Positions 63,454-64,000 of a stretch of 64,000 nucleotides of DNA are shown one piece after another. The stretch covers positions 192,001 to 256,000 of the forward strand of contig CAVPLT010000007.1 in assembly GCA_963706325.1 (NCBI GenBank), written 5' to 3'. The position numbers and the translations under genes are program-made. The stretch comes from an uncultured Nitrospiraceae bacterium. GTDB taxonomy: Bacteria; Nitrospirota; Nitrospiria; Nitrospirales; Nitrospiraceae. Numbering within the stretch: the first letter of the stretch is position 1; each line of letters opens with the position of its first letter. The notes under the pieces were generated by a model. It did no database searches, was not told the DNA's origin, and worked only from the letters and a program-made list of their open reading frames with translations.

Positions 63454-63771
63454 TTACGGAGAGACGTCGGCGCGAATCTCGAGATCGTTCTTCACCCGCT
63501 TCACACCCTTCACCTGTCGAGCCAATTCAGCGGCCCTGGCCTTGCGTTCTGCCTTGGGAACTGTCCCCATGAGAGTGACTGTGCCATCTTCGGTGGCGAC
63601 GAGAATCTCCGAGAATCCCCCGGAGGGTTCCCCGGCCAGTTGAGCTTCCACGTTTGAGGAAATCACGCTGTCCCGTGGCGTGTCCAATTGCTGACTGTTG
63701 GCGGACCAGCGGCATCCAGAAGCACAAATCAAGGCGAGCAAAACACAAGCCATCAAGTGTAATGGGCGCAT
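63454..63771 (-). CDS. BON domain lipoprotein
   Basis: ASGC lipobox; D..I...V...L, GTVTLMG, A..VKGVKRVKNDL. Confidence 0.88.
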   Translation of the reverse strand: MRPLHLMACVLLALICASGCRWSANSQQLDTPRDSVISSNVEAQLAGEPSGGFSEILVATEDGTVTLMGTVPKAERKARAAELARQVKGVKRVKNDLEIRADVSP

Positions 63772-63921
63772 AGAACTCCAAAGGTCAGGTCATGAATACT
63801 GATCCGTAAGGATCTTTGCACAGGCAAAAGGCGCTTTTCCAGGTAAGAGTTAAGTGTGGCACACGGAACCTACTAGGCAGCACGCGGCAGCGGCGCGCGT
63901 GATGAGATGAAGCGAGGGGTT

Positions 63922-64000
63922 ATGACGGAGCCGTTGGTGGATCTCTGTGTCATTGGAGCGGGAGCTGCGGGATTGGCAGCCAGTATTTTTGCCGCAGAAC
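63922..64000 (+). CDS. FAD-dependent oxidoreductase, N-terminal fragment (runs off the window end)
   Basis: MTEPLVDLCVIGAGAAGLAASIFAAE: Rossmann GxGxxG motif; GAGGGG RBS. Confidence 0.75.
   Translation, partial: MTEPLVDLCVIGAGAAGLAASIFAAE

Overview
A bacterial accessory region, Nitrospira-like by gene-family content (inference only). Most genes encode secreted, lipoprotein or outer-membrane products: four Ysc84/SYLF paralogs, several beta-barrels, OMPLA, a DcaP porin, an RND efflux pump, an MltF-like transglycosylase and an AsmA-like protein. It also carries a serine-to-acetate/formate fermentation cluster (Tat-signal L-serine dehydratase, MFS, pta, ackA, pflB, pflA), GH13/GH63 glycosidases, a LuxR-type regulator between two receiver-only response regulators, a tRNA-3'-end/integrase scar, a 180-bp MITE-like element and several gene remnants. 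The most notable non-genic signal is a lux-box-like palindrome, CTGTCA-N4-TGACAG. It occurs 4 times perfectly and 5 more times with 1-2 mismatches, always between genes, and 7 copies sit about 31 bp upstream of a plausible -10 element. This suggests an island-wide regulon, possibly controlled by the resident LuxR solo, whose ligand pocket has diverged from AHL receptors. All calls come from reading the sequence and recalling motifs; no database searches were run.
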